The position numbers were made by a program, and so were the translations under genes. A model generated the notes under the pieces. The model was not told where the DNA came from. It did not search any database and worked only from the letters and a program-made list of their open reading frames with translations. Shown here in pieces: positions 36,306 to 50,062 of a stretch of DNA of 64,000 bases (the stretch's first letter is position 1; each line of letters begins with the position of its first letter). The DNA comes from Escherichia coli (GTDB taxonomy: Bacteria > Pseudomonadota > Gammaproteobacteria > Enterobacterales > Enterobacteriaceae): the NCBI RefSeq assembly GCF_003790525.1, contig NZ_CP033635.1. The stretch is one strand, 5' to 3'.

Positions 36306-38240
36306 ATGGCGAAAAACCTAATACTCTGGCTGGTCATTGCCGTTGTGCTGATGTCAGTATTCCAGAGCTTTGGGCCCAGCGAGTCTAATGGCCGTAAGGT
36401 GGATTACTCTACCTTCCTACAAGAGGTCAATAACGACCAGGTTCGTGAAGCGCGTATCAACGGACGTGAAATCAACGTTACCAAGAAAGATAGTAACCGT
36501 TATACCACTTACATTCCGGTTCAGGATCCGAAATTACTGGATAACCTGTTGACCAAGAACGTCAAGGTTGTCGGTGAACCGCCTGAAGAACCAAGCCTGC
36601 TGGCTTCTATCTTCATCTCCTGGTTCCCGATGCTGTTGCTGATTGGTGTCTGGATCTTCTTCATGCGTCAAATGCAGGGCGGCGGTGGCAAAGGTGCCAT
36701 GTCGTTTGGTAAGAGCAAAGCGCGCATGCTGACGGAAGATCAGATCAAAACGACCTTTGCTGACGTTGCGGGCTGCGACGAAGCAAAAGAAGAAGTTGCT
36801 GAACTGGTTGAGTATCTGCGCGAGCCGAGCCGCTTCCAGAAACTCGGCGGTAAGATCCCGAAAGGCGTCCTGATGGTCGGTCCTCCGGGTACCGGTAAAA
36901 CGCTGCTGGCGAAAGCGATTGCAGGCGAAGCGAAAGTTCCGTTCTTTACTATCTCCGGTTCTGACTTCGTAGAAATGTTCGTCGGTGTGGGTGCATCCCG
37001 TGTTCGTGACATGTTCGAACAGGCGAAGAAAGCGGCACCGTGCATCATCTTTATCGATGAAATCGACGCCGTAGGCCGCCAGCGTGGCGCAGGTCTGGGC
37101 GGTGGTCACGATGAACGTGAACAGACTTTGAACCAGATGCTGGTTGAGATGGATGGCTTCGAAGGTAACGAAGGTATCATCGTTATCGCCGCGACTAACC
37201 GTCCGGACGTTCTTGACCCGGCCCTGCTGCGTCCTGGCCGTTTCGACCGTCAGGTTGTGGTTGGCTTGCCAGATGTTCGTGGTCGTGAGCAGATCCTGAA
37301 AGTTCACATGCGTCGCGTACCATTGGCACCCGATATCGACGCGGCAATCATTGCCCGTGGTACTCCTGGTTTCTCCGGTGCTGACCTGGCGAACCTGGTG
37401 AACGAAGCGGCACTGTTCGCTGCTCGTGGCAACAAACGCGTTGTGTCGATGGTTGAGTTCGAGAAAGCGAAAGACAAAATCATGATGGGTGCGGAACGTC
37501 GCTCCATGGTGATGACGGAAGCGCAGAAAGAATCGACGGCTTACCACGAAGCGGGTCACGCGATTATCGGTCGCCTGGTGCCGGAACACGATCCGGTGCA
37601 CAAAGTAACGATTATCCCGCGCGGTCGTGCGCTGGGTGTGACCTTCTTCTTGCCTGAGGGCGACGCAATCAGCGCCAGCCGTCAGAAACTGGAAAGCCAG
37701 ATTTCTACGCTGTACGGTGGTCGTCTGGCAGAAGAGATCATCTACGGGCCGGAACATGTTTCTACCGGTGCGTCCAACGATATTAAAGTTGCGACCAACC
37801 TGGCACGTAACATGGTGACTCAGTGGGGTTTCTCTGAGAAACTCGGTCCGCTGCTGTATGCGGAAGAAGAAGGTGAAGTGTTCCTCGGCCGTAGCGTAGC
37901 GAAAGCGAAACATATGTCCGATGAAACTGCACGTATCATCGACCAGGAAGTGAAAGCACTGATTGAGCGTAACTATAATCGTGCGCGTCAGCTTCTGACC
38001 GACAATATGGATATTCTGCATGCGATGAAAGATGCTCTCATGAAATATGAGACTATCGACGCACCGCAGATTGATGACCTGATGGCACGTCGCGATGTAC
38101 GTCCGCCAGCGGGCTGGGAAGAACCAGTCGCTTCTAACAATTCTGGCGACAATGGTAGTCCAAAGGCTCCACGTCCGGTTGATGAACCGCGTACGCCGAA
38201 CCCGGGTAACACCATGTCAGAGCAGTTAGGCGACAAGTAA
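36306..38240 (+). CDS. ftsH: ATP-dependent zinc metalloprotease FtsH
   Basis: ORF contains [22 protein letters not shown]...; Walker A GPPGTGKT; HEAGH zinc motif. Confidence 0.97.
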
Positions 38241-38273
38241 GTTCCCGCATCAGATGACTGTATTTGTACCGAA

Positions 38274-38301
38274 AACCCCGGGGCGTGCTCCGGGGTTTTT
38301 T
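38274..38301 (+). terminator. hairpin plus T-run after ftsH (partial terminator within the operon)
   Basis: aaccccgg...ccggggtt 8-bp stem followed by TTTTTT. Confidence 0.65.
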
Positions 38302-38329
38302 CTTATCAATTCATACCAGGGATAACACC

Positions 38330-39178
38330 ATGAAACTCTTTGCCCAGGGCACTTCACTGGACCTTAGCCATCCTCACGTAATGGGGATCCTCAACGTCAC
38401 GCCTGATTCCTTTTCGGATGGCGGCACGCATAACTCGCTGATAGATGCCGTGAAACATGCGAATCTGATGATCAACGCTGGCGCGACGATCATTGACGTT
38501 GGTGGCGAGTCCACGCGCCCAGGAGCGGCGGAAGTTAGCGTTGAAGAAGAGTTGCAACGTGTTATTCCTGTGGTTGAGGCAATTGCTCAACGCTTCGAAG
38601 TCTGGATCTCGGTAGATACATCCAAACCAGAAGTCATCCGTGAGTCAGCGAAAGTTGGCGCTCACATTATTAACGATATCCGCTCCCTTTCCGAACCTGG
38701 CGCTCTGGAGGCGGCTGCAGAAACCGGTTTACCGGTTTGTCTGATGCATATGCAGGGAAATCCAAAAACCATGCAGGAAGCGCCGAAGTATGACGATGTC
38801 TTTGCAGAAGTGAATCGCTACTTTATTGAGCAAATAGCACGTTGCGAGCAGGCGGGTATCGCAAAAGAGAAATTGTTGCTCGACCCCGGATTCGGTTTCG
38901 GTAAAAATCTCTCCCATAACTATTCATTACTGGCGCGCCTGGCTGAATTTCACCATTTCAACCTGCCGCTGTTGGTGGGTATGTCACGAAAATCGATGAT
39001 TGGGCAACTGCTGAACGTGGGGCCGTCCGAGCGCCTGAGCGGTAGTCTGGCCTGTGCGGTTATTGCCGCAATGCAAGGCGCGCACATCATTCGTGTTCAT
39101 GACGTCAAAGAAACCGTAGAAGCGATGCGGGTGGTGGAAGCCACTCTGTCTGCAAAGGAAAACAAACGCTATGAGTAA
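38330..39178 (+). CDS. folP: dihydropteroate synthase
   Basis: ORF contains [32 protein letters not shown]..., 282 aa. Confidence 0.96.
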
Positions 39179-40508
39179 TCGTAAATATTTCGGTACCGAT
39201 GGGATTCGTGGTCGTGTAGGGGATGCGCCGATCACACCTGATTTTGTGCTTAAGCTGGGTTGGGCAGCGGGTAAAGTGCTGGCGCGCCACGGCTCCCGTA
39301 AGATCATTATTGGTAAAGACACGCGTATTTCTGGCTATATGCTGGAGTCAGCACTGGAAGCGGGTCTGGCGGCTGCCGGTCTTTCCGCACTCTTCACTGG
39401 CCCGATGCCAACACCGGCCGTGGCTTATCTGACGCGTACCTTCCGCGCAGAGGCCGGAATTGTGATATCTGCATCGCATAACCCGTTCTACGATAATGGC
39501 ATTAAATTTTTCTCTATCGACGGCACCAAACTACCGGATGCAGTTGAAGAAGCCATCGAAGCGGAAATGGAAAAAGAGATCAGCTGTGTTGATTCGGCAG
39601 AACTGGGTAAAGCCAGCCGTATCGTTGATGCTGCGGGTCGCTATATCGAGTTTTGCAAAGCCACGTTCCCGAACGAACTTAGCCTCAGTGAACTGAAGAT
39701 TGTGGTGGATTGTGCAAACGGTGCGACTTACCACATCGCGCCGAACGTGCTGCGTGAACTGGGGGCGAACGTTATCGCTATCGGTTGTGAGCCGAACGGT
39801 GTAAATATCAATGCCGAAGTGGGGGCTACCGACGTTCGCGCGCTCCAGGCTCGTGTGCTGGCTGAAAAAGCGGATCTCGGTATTGCCTTCGACGGCGACG
39901 GCGATCGCGTGATTATGGTTGACCATGAAGGCAATAAAGTCGATGGCGATCAGATCATGTATATCATCGCGCGTGAAGGTCTTCGTCAGGGCCAGCTGCG
40001 TGGTGGCGCTGTGGGTACATTGATGAGCAACATGGGGCTTGAACTGGCGCTGAAACAGTTAGGAATTCCATTTGCGCGCGCGAAAGTGGGTGACCGCTAC
40101 GTACTGGAAAAAATGCAGGAGAAAGGCTGGCGTATCGGTGCAGAGAACTCCGGTCATGTGATCCTGCTGGATAAAACCACTACCGGTGACGGCATCGTTG
40201 CTGGCTTGCAGGTGCTGGCGGCGATGGCACGTAACCATATGAGCCTGCACGACCTTTGCAGCGGCATGAAAATGTTCCCGCAAATCCTGGTAAACGTGCG
40301 TTACACCGCAGGTAGCGGCGATCCGCTGGAGCATGAATCAGTCAAAGCTGTGACCGCAGAAGTTGAAGCGGCGCTGGGTAGCCGTGGACGTGTGCTGTTG
40401 CGTAAATCCGGCACCGAACCGTTAATTCGCGTGATGGTGGAAGGCGAAGACGAAGCGCAGGTGACTGAATTTGCACACCGCATCGCCGATGCAGTAAAAG
40501 CCGTTTAA
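39171..40508 (+). CDS. glmM: phosphoglucosamine mutase
   Basis: 445-aa ORF with active-site motif SASHNP; overlaps the folP end by 8 nt. Confidence 0.97.
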   Translation: MSNRKYFGTDGIRGRVGDAPITPDFVLKLGWAAGKVLARHGSRKIIIGKDTRISGYMLESALEAGLAAAGLSALFTGPMPTPAVAYLTRTFRAEAGIVISASHNPFYDNGIKFFSIDGTKLPDAVEEAIEAEMEKEISCVDSAELGKASRIVDAAGRYIEFCKATFPNELSLSELKIVVDCANGATYHIAPNVLRELGANVIAIGCEPNGVNINAEVGATDVRALQARVLAEKADLGIAFDGDGDRVIMVDHEGNKVDGDQIMYIIAREGLRQGQLRGGAVGTLMSNMGLELALKQLGIPFARAKVGDRYVLEKMQEKGWRIGAENSGHVILLDKTTTGDGIVAGLQVLAAMARNHMSLHDLCSGMKMFPQILVNVRYTAGSGDPLEHESVKAVTAEVEAALGSRGRVLLRKSGTEPLIRVMVEGEDEAQVTEFAHRIADAVKAV

Positions 40509-40526
40509 AGCGTTAGATAACTGGCT

Positions 40527-40553
40527 AAAAAGGCGGCGATTGTCGCCTTTTTT
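40527..40553 (+). terminator. intrinsic terminator after glmM
   Basis: aggcggc-gatt-gtcgcct hairpin followed by TTTTTT. Confidence 0.7.
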
Positions 40554-40735
40554 CTCAGCGAACACATCGGTTTTGCTGTTTTTTTCCGCAGTTGATACAA
40601 TGCGATAAAATTGCCCTTGCGAAGGTCATTCGCTTTGGTTAGTATTCACACCCGCTTCAGTGGGAAAGATTAAAAACTCCCGCTTTATTGGTTGAAGCAT
40701 TGGTACGCGGCAACTCCGCAAGGAACAGGTTGATT

Positions 40736-41068
40736 ATGTACGAAGCTCTTTTAGTAGTTTTCCTTATTGTGGCAATTGGCCTTGTTGGTCTGATCATGCT
40801 GCAGCAAGGTAAAGGCGCTGATATGGGAGCCTCCTTCGGAGCAGGCGCTTCCGCTACGCTGTTTGGTTCAAGTGGTTCTGGTAACTTCATGACCCGCATG
40901 ACGGCGCTGCTGGCAACGTTATTCTTCATCATCAGTCTGGTGCTGGGTAACATCAATAGCAATAAAACCAATAAAGGTAGCGAATGGGAAAACCTGAGTG
41001 CGCCGGCGAAAACCGAACAAACTCAGTCAGCTGCTCCGGCTAAGCCGACCAGCGATATCCCGAACTAA
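40736..41068 (+). CDS. secG: preprotein translocase subunit SecG
   Basis: ORF contains MYEALLVVFLIVAIGLVGLIMLQQGKGADMGASFG..., 110 aa. Confidence 0.95.
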   Translation: MYEALLVVFLIVAIGLVGLIMLQQGKGADMGASFGAGASATLFGSSGSGNFMTRMTALLATLFFIISLVLGNINSNKTNKGSEWENLSAPAKTEQTQSAAPAKPTSDIPN

Positions 41069-41082
41069 AAAGTAGTATCCGT

Positions 41083-41169
41083 GCCGAGGTGGTGGAATTG
41101 GTAGACACGCTACCTTGAGGTGGTAGTGCCCAATAGGGCTTACGGGTTCAAGTCCCGTCCTCGGTACCA
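41083..41169 (+). tRNA. leuU: tRNA-Leu (anticodon GAG), 87 nt with encoded CCA
   Basis: GCCGAGGTGGTGGAATTGGTAGACACGCTACCTTGAGGTGGTAGTG...GGTTCAAGTCCCGTCCTCGGTACCA; long variable arm, cloverleaf foldable by eye. Confidence 0.93.
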
Positions 41170-41182
41170 AATTCCAGAAAAG

Positions 41183-41210
41183 AGACGCTGAAAAGCGTCT
41201 TTTTTCGTTT
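41183..41210 (+). terminator. intrinsic terminator after leuU
   Basis: agacgct-gaa-agcgtct hairpin followed by TTTTTCGTTTT. Confidence 0.75.
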
Positions 41211-41627
41211 TGGTCCTGGTCTGAGGAATGGTTGTCAGGTATCTGTATCTCGTCCAGTTGCTTTACTCGTAGCTGGTACCTTGAAACGATGGTGCCGGTA
41301 CGCCTTAGTTATAAACTTTTCCCTTCTGCTGACATAATTGGCACTTTATTGTGTCAACTCCAGTTCCGGTACGAATACGGATATGTTTACTTCTCGATAA
41401 ACCATCCTGCTCCTGTCAGTATAACTACTGATGGCTACGTTCTGCGTAATGTTTAGAGACGCATTGATAATGTTATTTAATTACTGAGAACGCAATGGTC
41501 GCATCATTTAAAAAGAAAAAACTAACAGTGTTTCGGTCTGATATGGATCAGAGTTGAAAAACATGTCTGATATAAAATTGAACATTGTTGATAATTGTTT
41601 ATATTGGTTGTGAACCTGGATTTCTGG

Positions 41628-43253
41628 ATGACAGTATTCAACAAATTTGCTAGAAGTTTTAAATCTCATTGGTTGTTGTATCTTTGTGTTATTGTTTTTG
41701 GTATTACGAACTTAGTCGCCTCTTCCGGAGCGCATATGGTTCAGCGATTGCTGTTCTTCGTCCTGACCATCCTGGTTGTTAAACGTATATCATCCCTTCC
41801 GCTTCGCCTGCTTGTTGCCGCACCATTTGTGTTACTGACTGCGGCAGACATGAGTATTAGCCTCTATTCATGGTGTACCTTTGGTACAACTTTCAATGAT
41901 GGATTTGCGATTAGTGTGCTGCAGAGTGATCCGGATGAAGTTGTGAAAATGTTGGGGATGTATATCCCTTATCTATGTGCTTTTGCTTTTTTATCCCTTC
42001 TTTTTTTGGCAGTAATAATAAAATATGATGTTTCCTTGCCGACAAAAAAAGTGACAGGAATATTATTGCTGATTGTCATTTCGGGCAGTTTATTTTCAGC
42101 TTGTCAATTTGCTTATAAAGATGCAAAAAATAAAAAAGCGTTCAGTCCATATATACTAGCGTCTCGATTTGCTACCTATACACCGTTTTTCAATCTCAAT
42201 TATTTTGCTTTAGCAGCGAAAGAGCATCAAAGATTACTCTCAATTGCAAACACGGTGCCGTATTTTCAATTATCAGTCAGGGATACAGGTATTGATACCT
42301 ACGTGTTGATTGTGGGGGAGTCTGTACGTGTCGACAATATGTCTTTGTATGGATACACACGCTCTACGACACCGCAAGTCGAAGCACAAAGAAAACAGAT
42401 CAAACTGTTTAATCAAGCAATAAGCGGTGCACCTTACACTGCGCTGTCGGTTCCCCTTTCTTTAACTGCTGATTCTGTTTTGAGTCATGACATTCATAAT
42501 TACCCGGACAACATTATTAATATGGCTAATCAAGCAGGATTTCAGACTTTCTGGCTAAGCTCGCAATCCGCTTTTCGGCAGAATGGTACAGCAGTTACCA
42601 GTATCGCCATGCGCGCCATGGAAACAGTCTATGTCAGAGGATTTGATGAATTGTTGTTGCCGCATTTATCGCAAGCGTTACAGCAAAAGACGCAGCAAAA
42701 GAAACTGATTGTTCTTCATTTAAATGGAAGCCATGAACCGGCTTGTAGCGCCTATCCGCAATCCAGCGCCGTGTTTCAACCGCAGGACGATCAGGATGCC
42801 TGCTATGACAACTCCATTCATTACACAGATAGTTTGCTAGGTCAGGTTTTTGAATTATTAAAAGATCGCCGCGCCTCGGTCATGTATTTTGCCGACCACG
42901 GCCTGGAACGCGACCCTACGAAGAAGAACGTCTATTTTCATGGAGGCAGGGAGGCCAGCCAGCAGGCATATCATGTCCCGATGTTTATCTGGTATAGCCC
43001 CGTTCTTGGGGATGGCGTGGATCGCACAACGGAAAACGATATCTTTTCCACTGCGTACAATAATTACCTTATTAATGCGTGGATGGGGGTAACAAAGCCG
43101 GAACAGCCGCAAACGCTGGAGGAAGTGATTGCACACTATAAAGGAGACTCACGGGTTGTAGATGCAAACCATGATGTTTTCGATTTTGTGATGCTAAGAA
43201 AGGAGTTTACTGAGGATAAGCAAGGTAACCCCACCCCTGAAGGGCAGGGTTGA
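41628..43253 (+). CDS. yhbX: putative phosphoethanolamine transferase (sulfatase/EptA-like inner membrane protein) YhbX
   Basis: ORF contains MTVFNKFARSFKSHWLLYLCVIVFGITNLVASSG...; membrane N-terminus then sulfatase-like domain; AT-rich 5' half. Confidence 0.85.
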   Translation: MTVFNKFARSFKSHWLLYLCVIVFGITNLVASSGAHMVQRLLFFVLTILVVKRISSLPLRLLVAAPFVLLTAADMSISLYSWCTFGTTFNDGFAISVLQSDPDEVVKMLGMYIPYLCAFAFLSLLFLAVIIKYDVSLPTKKVTGILLLIVISGSLFSACQFAYKDAKNKKAFSPYILASRFATYTPFFNLNYFALAAKEHQRLLSIANTVPYFQLSVRDTGIDTYVLIVGESVRVDNMSLYGYTRSTTPQVEAQRKQIKLFNQAISGAPYTALSVPLSLTADSVLSHDIHNYPDNIINMANQAGFQTFWLSSQSAFRQNGTAVTSIAMRAMETVYVRGFDELLLPHLSQALQQKTQQKKLIVLHLNGSHEPACSAYPQSSAVFQPQDDQDACYDNSIHYTDSLLGQVFELLKDRRASVMYFADHGLERDPTKKNVYFHGGREASQQAYHVPMFIWYSPVLGDGVDRTTENDIFSTAYNNYLINAWMGVTKPEQPQTLEEVIAHYKGDSRVVDANHDVFDFVMLRKEFTEDKQGNPTPEGQG

Positions 43254-43260
43254 TGTCGAA

Positions 43261-44619
<1,359 letters not shown>

Positions 44620-44655
44620 TTAATTAACTGATGATGAGCCTGGATTTCCGCTCTC

Positions 44656-44693
44656 ACTGAATTTTTATGCAAAATAAATGAGTTTTCATTTAA
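44656..44693. promoter_or_regulatory. candidate pair of ARG boxes (ArgR operators) upstream of argG
   Basis: actGAATttttATgCAaa and aATGAgttttCATTt resemble the TGAAT-N4-ATTCA ARG-box palindrome, 50 to 90 bp upstream of the argG start. Confidence 0.45.
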
Positions 44694-44829
44694 TCATCTT
44701 TTATCGGAGACAGGAAGAGTTTAGTGTGTTTTTTGTAAAATAATGCGCTTAAGGGAGAGCAGGAGAAGGCAAAAGTATTCAACAAATGAAAGTGAACTGG
44801 ATATTCATTCACGTGATTAGCAATAAACG

Positions 44830-44859
44830 TTGACAAAATGTGGCATGGATCACTATAAT
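44830..44859 (+). promoter_or_regulatory. consensus-perfect sigma70 promoter (TTGACA, 18-nt spacer, TATAAT) upstream of metY
   Basis: cgTTGACAaaatgtggcatggatcacTATAATgcc read directly on the plus strand. Confidence 0.55.
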
Positions 44860-44907
44860 GCCTGCAGATTTTACGTCCCGTCTCGGTACACCAAATCCCA
44901 GCAGTAT

Positions 44908-44936
44908 TTGCATTTTTTACCCAAAACGAGTAGAAT
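44908..44936 (+). promoter_or_regulatory. metY proximal promoter (TTGCAT, 17-nt spacer, TAGAAT)
   Basis: -10 hexamer ends 15 nt before the mature tRNA 5' end. Confidence 0.55.
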
Positions 44937-44951
44937 TTGCCACGTTTCAGG

Positions 44952-45028
<77 letters not shown>

Positions 45029-45150
45029 CTTTCCCTTAGAGTCCTTTTTCAAATATACTGTGAAGACTTCGGCCTTCGTAGTGGGATTTGAAAAAATCCT
45101 TCTGGAAAGTGCTCCAGACCGCAGTTGCGGTTATAGGGTTCAGTTATATA

Positions 45151-45175
45151 AAGCCCCGATTTATCGGGGTTTTTT
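45151..45175 (+). terminator. hairpin plus T-run between metY and rimP (partial terminator/processing site)
   Basis: aagccccga-ttta-tcggggtt followed by TTTTT; a second weaker hairpin plus T7 lies at about 45199..45217. Confidence 0.6.
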
Positions 45176-45234
45176 GTTATCTGACTACAGAATAACTGGG
45201 CTTTAGGCCCTTTTTTTATGTCTTGGGGGTGGGC

Positions 45235-45687
45235 TTGTCCACATTAGAGCAAAAATTAACAGAGATGATTACTGCGCCAGTTGAGGCCCTGGGTTTTGAA
45301 CTGGTTGGCATCGAATTTATTCGCGGTCGCACATCCACACTGCGCATCTATATTGATAGTGAAGATGGCATCAATGTTGATGATTGTGCTGATGTGAGCC
45401 ACCAGGTAAGTGCTGTGCTGGATGTTGAAGATCCCATCACCGTTGCTTATAACCTGGAAGTCTCCTCACCGGGTCTCGATCGCCCACTGTTCACGGCTGA
45501 ACACTACGCCCGTTTCGTCGGAGAAGAGGTGACTCTGGTTCTCCGCATGGCGGTACAAAACCGTCGTAAATGGCAGGGCGTTATCAAAGCGGTAGACGGT
45601 GAAATGATCACAGTTACCGTCGAAGGTAAAGATGAAGTGTTCGCGCTGAGTAATATCCAGAAGGCGAACCTGGTTCCCCACTTTTAA
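45235..45687 (+). CDS. rimP: ribosome maturation factor RimP (probable TTG start)
   Basis: ORF contains (L)[31 protein letters not shown]..., 150 aa; start codon choice uncertain (TTG at 45223/45235 or GTG at 45229). Confidence 0.88.
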
Positions 45688-45714
45688 TAGTCTGGATGAG
45701 GTGAAAAGCCCGCG

Positions 45715-47202
<1,488 letters not shown>

Positions 47203-47226
47203 TAAACTGTAGCAGGAAGGAACAGC

Positions 47227-49899
47227 ATGACAGATGTAACGATTAAAACGCTGGCCGCAGAGCGACAGACCTCCGTGGAACGCCTGGTACAGCAATTTGC
47301 TGATGCAGGTATCCGGAAGTCTGCTGACGACTCTGTGTCTGCACAAGAGAAACAGACTTTGATTGACCACCTGAATCAGAAAAATTCAGGCCCGGACAAA
47401 TTGACGCTGCAACGTAAAACACGCAGCACCCTTAACATTCCTGGTACCGGTGGAAAAAGCAAATCGGTACAAATCGAAGTCCGCAAGAAACGCACCTTTG
47501 TGAAACGCGATCCGCAAGAGGCTGAACGCCTTGCTGCGGAAGAGCAAGCGCAGCGTGAAGCGGAAGAGCAAGCCCGTCGTGAGGCAGAAGAATCGGCCAA
47601 ACGTGAGGCGCAACAAAAAGCTGAACGTGAGGCCGCAGAACAAGCTAAGCGTGAAGCTGCTGAACAAGCGAAACGTGAAGCTGCGGAAAAAGACAAAGTG
47701 AGCAATCAACAAGACGATATGACTAAAAACGCCCAGGCTGAAAAAGCCCGCCGTGAGCAGGAAGCTGCAGAGCTCAAGCGTAAAGCCGAAGAAGAAGCGC
47801 GTCGTAAACTCGAAGAAGAAGCACGTCGCGTTGCTGAAGAAGCACGTCGTATGGCGGAAGAAAACAAATGGACTGATAACGCGGAACCGACTGAAGATTC
47901 CAGCGATTATCACGTCACTACTTCTCAACATGCTCGCCAGGCAGAAGACGAAAGCGATCGTGAAGTCGAAGGCGGCCGTGGCCGTGGTCGTAACGCGAAA
48001 GCTGCGCGTCCGAAGAAAGGCAACAAACACGCTGAATCAAAAGCTGATCGTGAAGAAGCACGCGCAGCAGTACGTGGCGGTAAAGGCGGAAAACGTAAAG
48101 GTTCTTCGCTGCAGCAAGGCTTCCAGAAGCCTGCTCAGGCCGTTAACCGTGACGTTGTGATCGGTGAAACCATCACCGTTGGCGAACTGGCGAACAAGAT
48201 GGCGGTTAAAGGCTCTCAGGTCATCAAAGCGATGATGAAACTGGGCGCAATGGCAACCATCAACCAGGTTATCGATCAGGAAACCGCACAGCTGGTTGCT
48301 GAAGAGATGGGCCACAAAGTTATCCTGCGTCGTGAAAACGAGCTGGAAGAAGCGGTAATGAGCGACCGTGACACGGGTGCAGCGGCTGAACCGCGCGCGC
48401 CGGTTGTGACCATCATGGGTCACGTTGACCACGGTAAAACCTCTCTGCTGGACTACATTCGTTCAACGAAAGTGGCCTCTGGCGAAGCGGGCGGCATTAC
48501 CCAGCACATTGGTGCATACCACGTTGAAACTGAAAACGGCATGATCACCTTCCTGGACACCCCGGGGCACGCCGCGTTTACTTCAATGCGTGCTCGTGGT
48601 GCGCAGGCAACGGACATCGTAGTCCTGGTTGTTGCTGCCGACGACGGCGTAATGCCGCAGACCATCGAAGCAATCCAGCACGCGAAAGCGGCGCAGGTTC
48701 CGGTGGTCGTTGCAGTGAACAAGATCGATAAACCAGAAGCCGATCCGGATCGCGTTAAGAACGAACTCTCCCAGTACGGCATCCTGCCGGAAGAGTGGGG
48801 CGGTGAAAGCCAGTTCGTACATGTGTCTGCGAAAGCGGGTACTGGTATCGATGAGCTGCTGGACGCTATCCTGCTGCAGGCGGAAGTTCTGGAACTGAAA
48901 GCGGTACGTAAAGGCATGGCGAGCGGTGCGGTTATCGAATCCTTCCTCGATAAAGGTCGTGGTCCGGTTGCTACCGTTCTGGTACGTGAAGGTACTCTGC
49001 ACAAGGGCGATATCGTTCTGTGTGGCTTCGAATACGGTCGTGTTCGTGCTATGCGTAACGAACTGGGTCGGGAAGTGCTGGAAGCGGGTCCGTCCATTCC
49101 GGTGGAAATCCTCGGCCTGTCCGGCGTTCCGGCTGCGGGTGATGAAGTTACCGTTGTACGTGACGAGAAGAAAGCGCGTGAAGTTGCACTCTATCGTCAG
49201 GGTAAATTCCGCGAAGTTAAACTGGCGCGTCAGCAGAAATCTAAACTCGAGAACATGTTCGCCAACATGACCGAAGGCGAAGTTCACGAAGTGAATATCG
49301 TCCTGAAGGCAGACGTACAGGGTTCTGTGGAAGCTATCTCCGACTCCTTGCTGAAACTGTCTACTGACGAAGTTAAAGTGAAGATCATCGGTTCTGGCGT
49401 AGGTGGTATCACCGAAACCGACGCTACCCTGGCTGCGGCGTCCAACGCCATCCTGGTTGGCTTCAACGTACGTGCTGATGCCTCTGCACGTAAAGTAATT
49501 GAAGCGGAAAGCCTGGATCTGCGTTACTACTCCGTCATCTATAACCTGATCGACGAAGTGAAAGCGGCAATGAGCGGTATGCTGTCTCCGGAACTGAAAC
49601 AACAGATTATCGGTCTGGCGGAAGTTCGTGACGTATTCAAATCACCGAAATTTGGTGCCATCGCAGGTTGTATGGTTACCGAAGGTGTGGTTAAACGTCA
49701 CAACCCGATCCGCGTTCTGCGCGACAACGTGGTTATCTACGAAGGCGAGCTGGAGTCCCTGCGCCGCTTCAAAGATGACGTTAACGAAGTCCGTAACGGT
49801 ATGGAATGTGGTATCGGCGTTAAGAACTACAACGACGTCCGCACTGGCGATGTGATCGAAGTATTCGAAATCATCGAAATCCAACGTACCATCGCTTAA
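47227..49899 (+). CDS. infB: translation initiation factor IF-2 (alpha form, 890 aa)
   Basis: G-domain motifs [18 protein letters not shown]; in-frame internal starts GTG 47698 and ATG 47719. Confidence 0.97.
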   Translation: MTDVTIKTLAAERQTSVERLVQQFADAGIRKSADDSVSAQEKQTLIDHLNQKNSGPDKLTLQRKTRSTLNIPGTGGKSKSVQIEVRKKRTFVKRDPQEAERLAAEEQAQREAEEQARREAEESAKREAQQKAEREAAEQAKREAAEQAKREAAEKDKVSNQQDDMTKNAQAEKARREQEAAELKRKAEEEARRKLEEEARRVAEEARRMAEENKWTDNAEPTEDSSDYHVTTSQHARQAEDESDREVEGGRGRGRNAKAARPKKGNKHAESKADREEARAAVRGGKGGKRKGSSLQQGFQKPAQAVNRDVVIGETITVGELANKMAVKGSQVIKAMMKLGAMATINQVIDQETAQLVAEEMGHKVILRRENELEEAVMSDRDTGAAAEPRAPVVTIMGHVDHGKTSLLDYIRSTKVASGEAGGITQHIGAYHVETENGMITFLDTPGHAAFTSMRARGAQATDIVVLVVAADDGVMPQTIEAIQHAKAAQVPVVVAVNKIDKPEADPDRVKNELSQYGILPEEWGGESQFVHVSAKAGTGIDELLDAILLQAEVLELKAVRKGMASGAVIESFLDKGRGPVATVLVREGTLHKGDIVLCGFEYGRVRAMRNELGREVLEAGPSIPVEILGLSGVPAAGDEVTVVRDEKKAREVALYRQGKFREVKLARQQKSKLENMFANMTEGEVHEVNIVLKADVQGSVEAISDSLLKLSTDEVKVKIIGSGVGGITETDATLAAASNAILVGFNVRADASARKVIEAESLDLRYYSVIYNLIDEVKAAMSGMLSPELKQQIIGLAEVRDVFKSPKFGAIAGCMVTEGVVKRHNPIRVLRDNVVIYEGELESLRRFKDDVNEVRNGMECGIGVKNYNDVRTGDVIEVFEIIEIQRTIA

Positions 49900-49916
49900 G
49901 GTTTTTAGGGTTCCAT

Positions 49917-49986
49917 GCGGGATAAGGCGTTTACGCCGCATCCGGCATGGATTGCCTGATGCGACGCTGGCGCGTCTTATCAGGCC
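49917..49986. repeat. REP/BIME element (two inverted REP units) in the infB-rbfA spacer
   Basis: gcgggataaggcgtttacgccgcatccggca followed by gcctgatgcgacgctggcgcgtcttatcaggcc, both classic E. coli REP consensus sequences. Confidence 0.85.
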
Positions 49987-50020
49987 AACGTGAACAGCCC
50001 TTCCACCTGAAATTAATTTT

Positions 50021-50046
50021 AAAAAGGGGCTAACAGCCCCTTTTTT
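50021..50046 (+). terminator. hairpin with A-run and T-run flanks between infB and rbfA
   Basis: AAAAA-ggggc-taaca-gcccc-TTTTTT directly upstream of the rbfA ribosome-binding site. Confidence 0.55.
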
Positions 50047-50062
50047 GTCAGGAGAATTTATT

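Noticed and set aside
41232-41456. 74-aa ORF in the AT-rich spacer after leuU, considered as a possible small protein or integrase remnant next to a tRNA
   Set aside because: No ribosome-binding site, low-complexity translation, and no att-like repeat of the tRNA 3' end nearby.
47584-47700. Short tandem repeats in infB (and 57060..57267 in deaD) considered as a possible CRISPR-like array
   Set aside because: The repeats are in-frame codon repeats inside well-conserved genes, with no spacer/repeat alternation or leader. No CRISPR array is present in the window.
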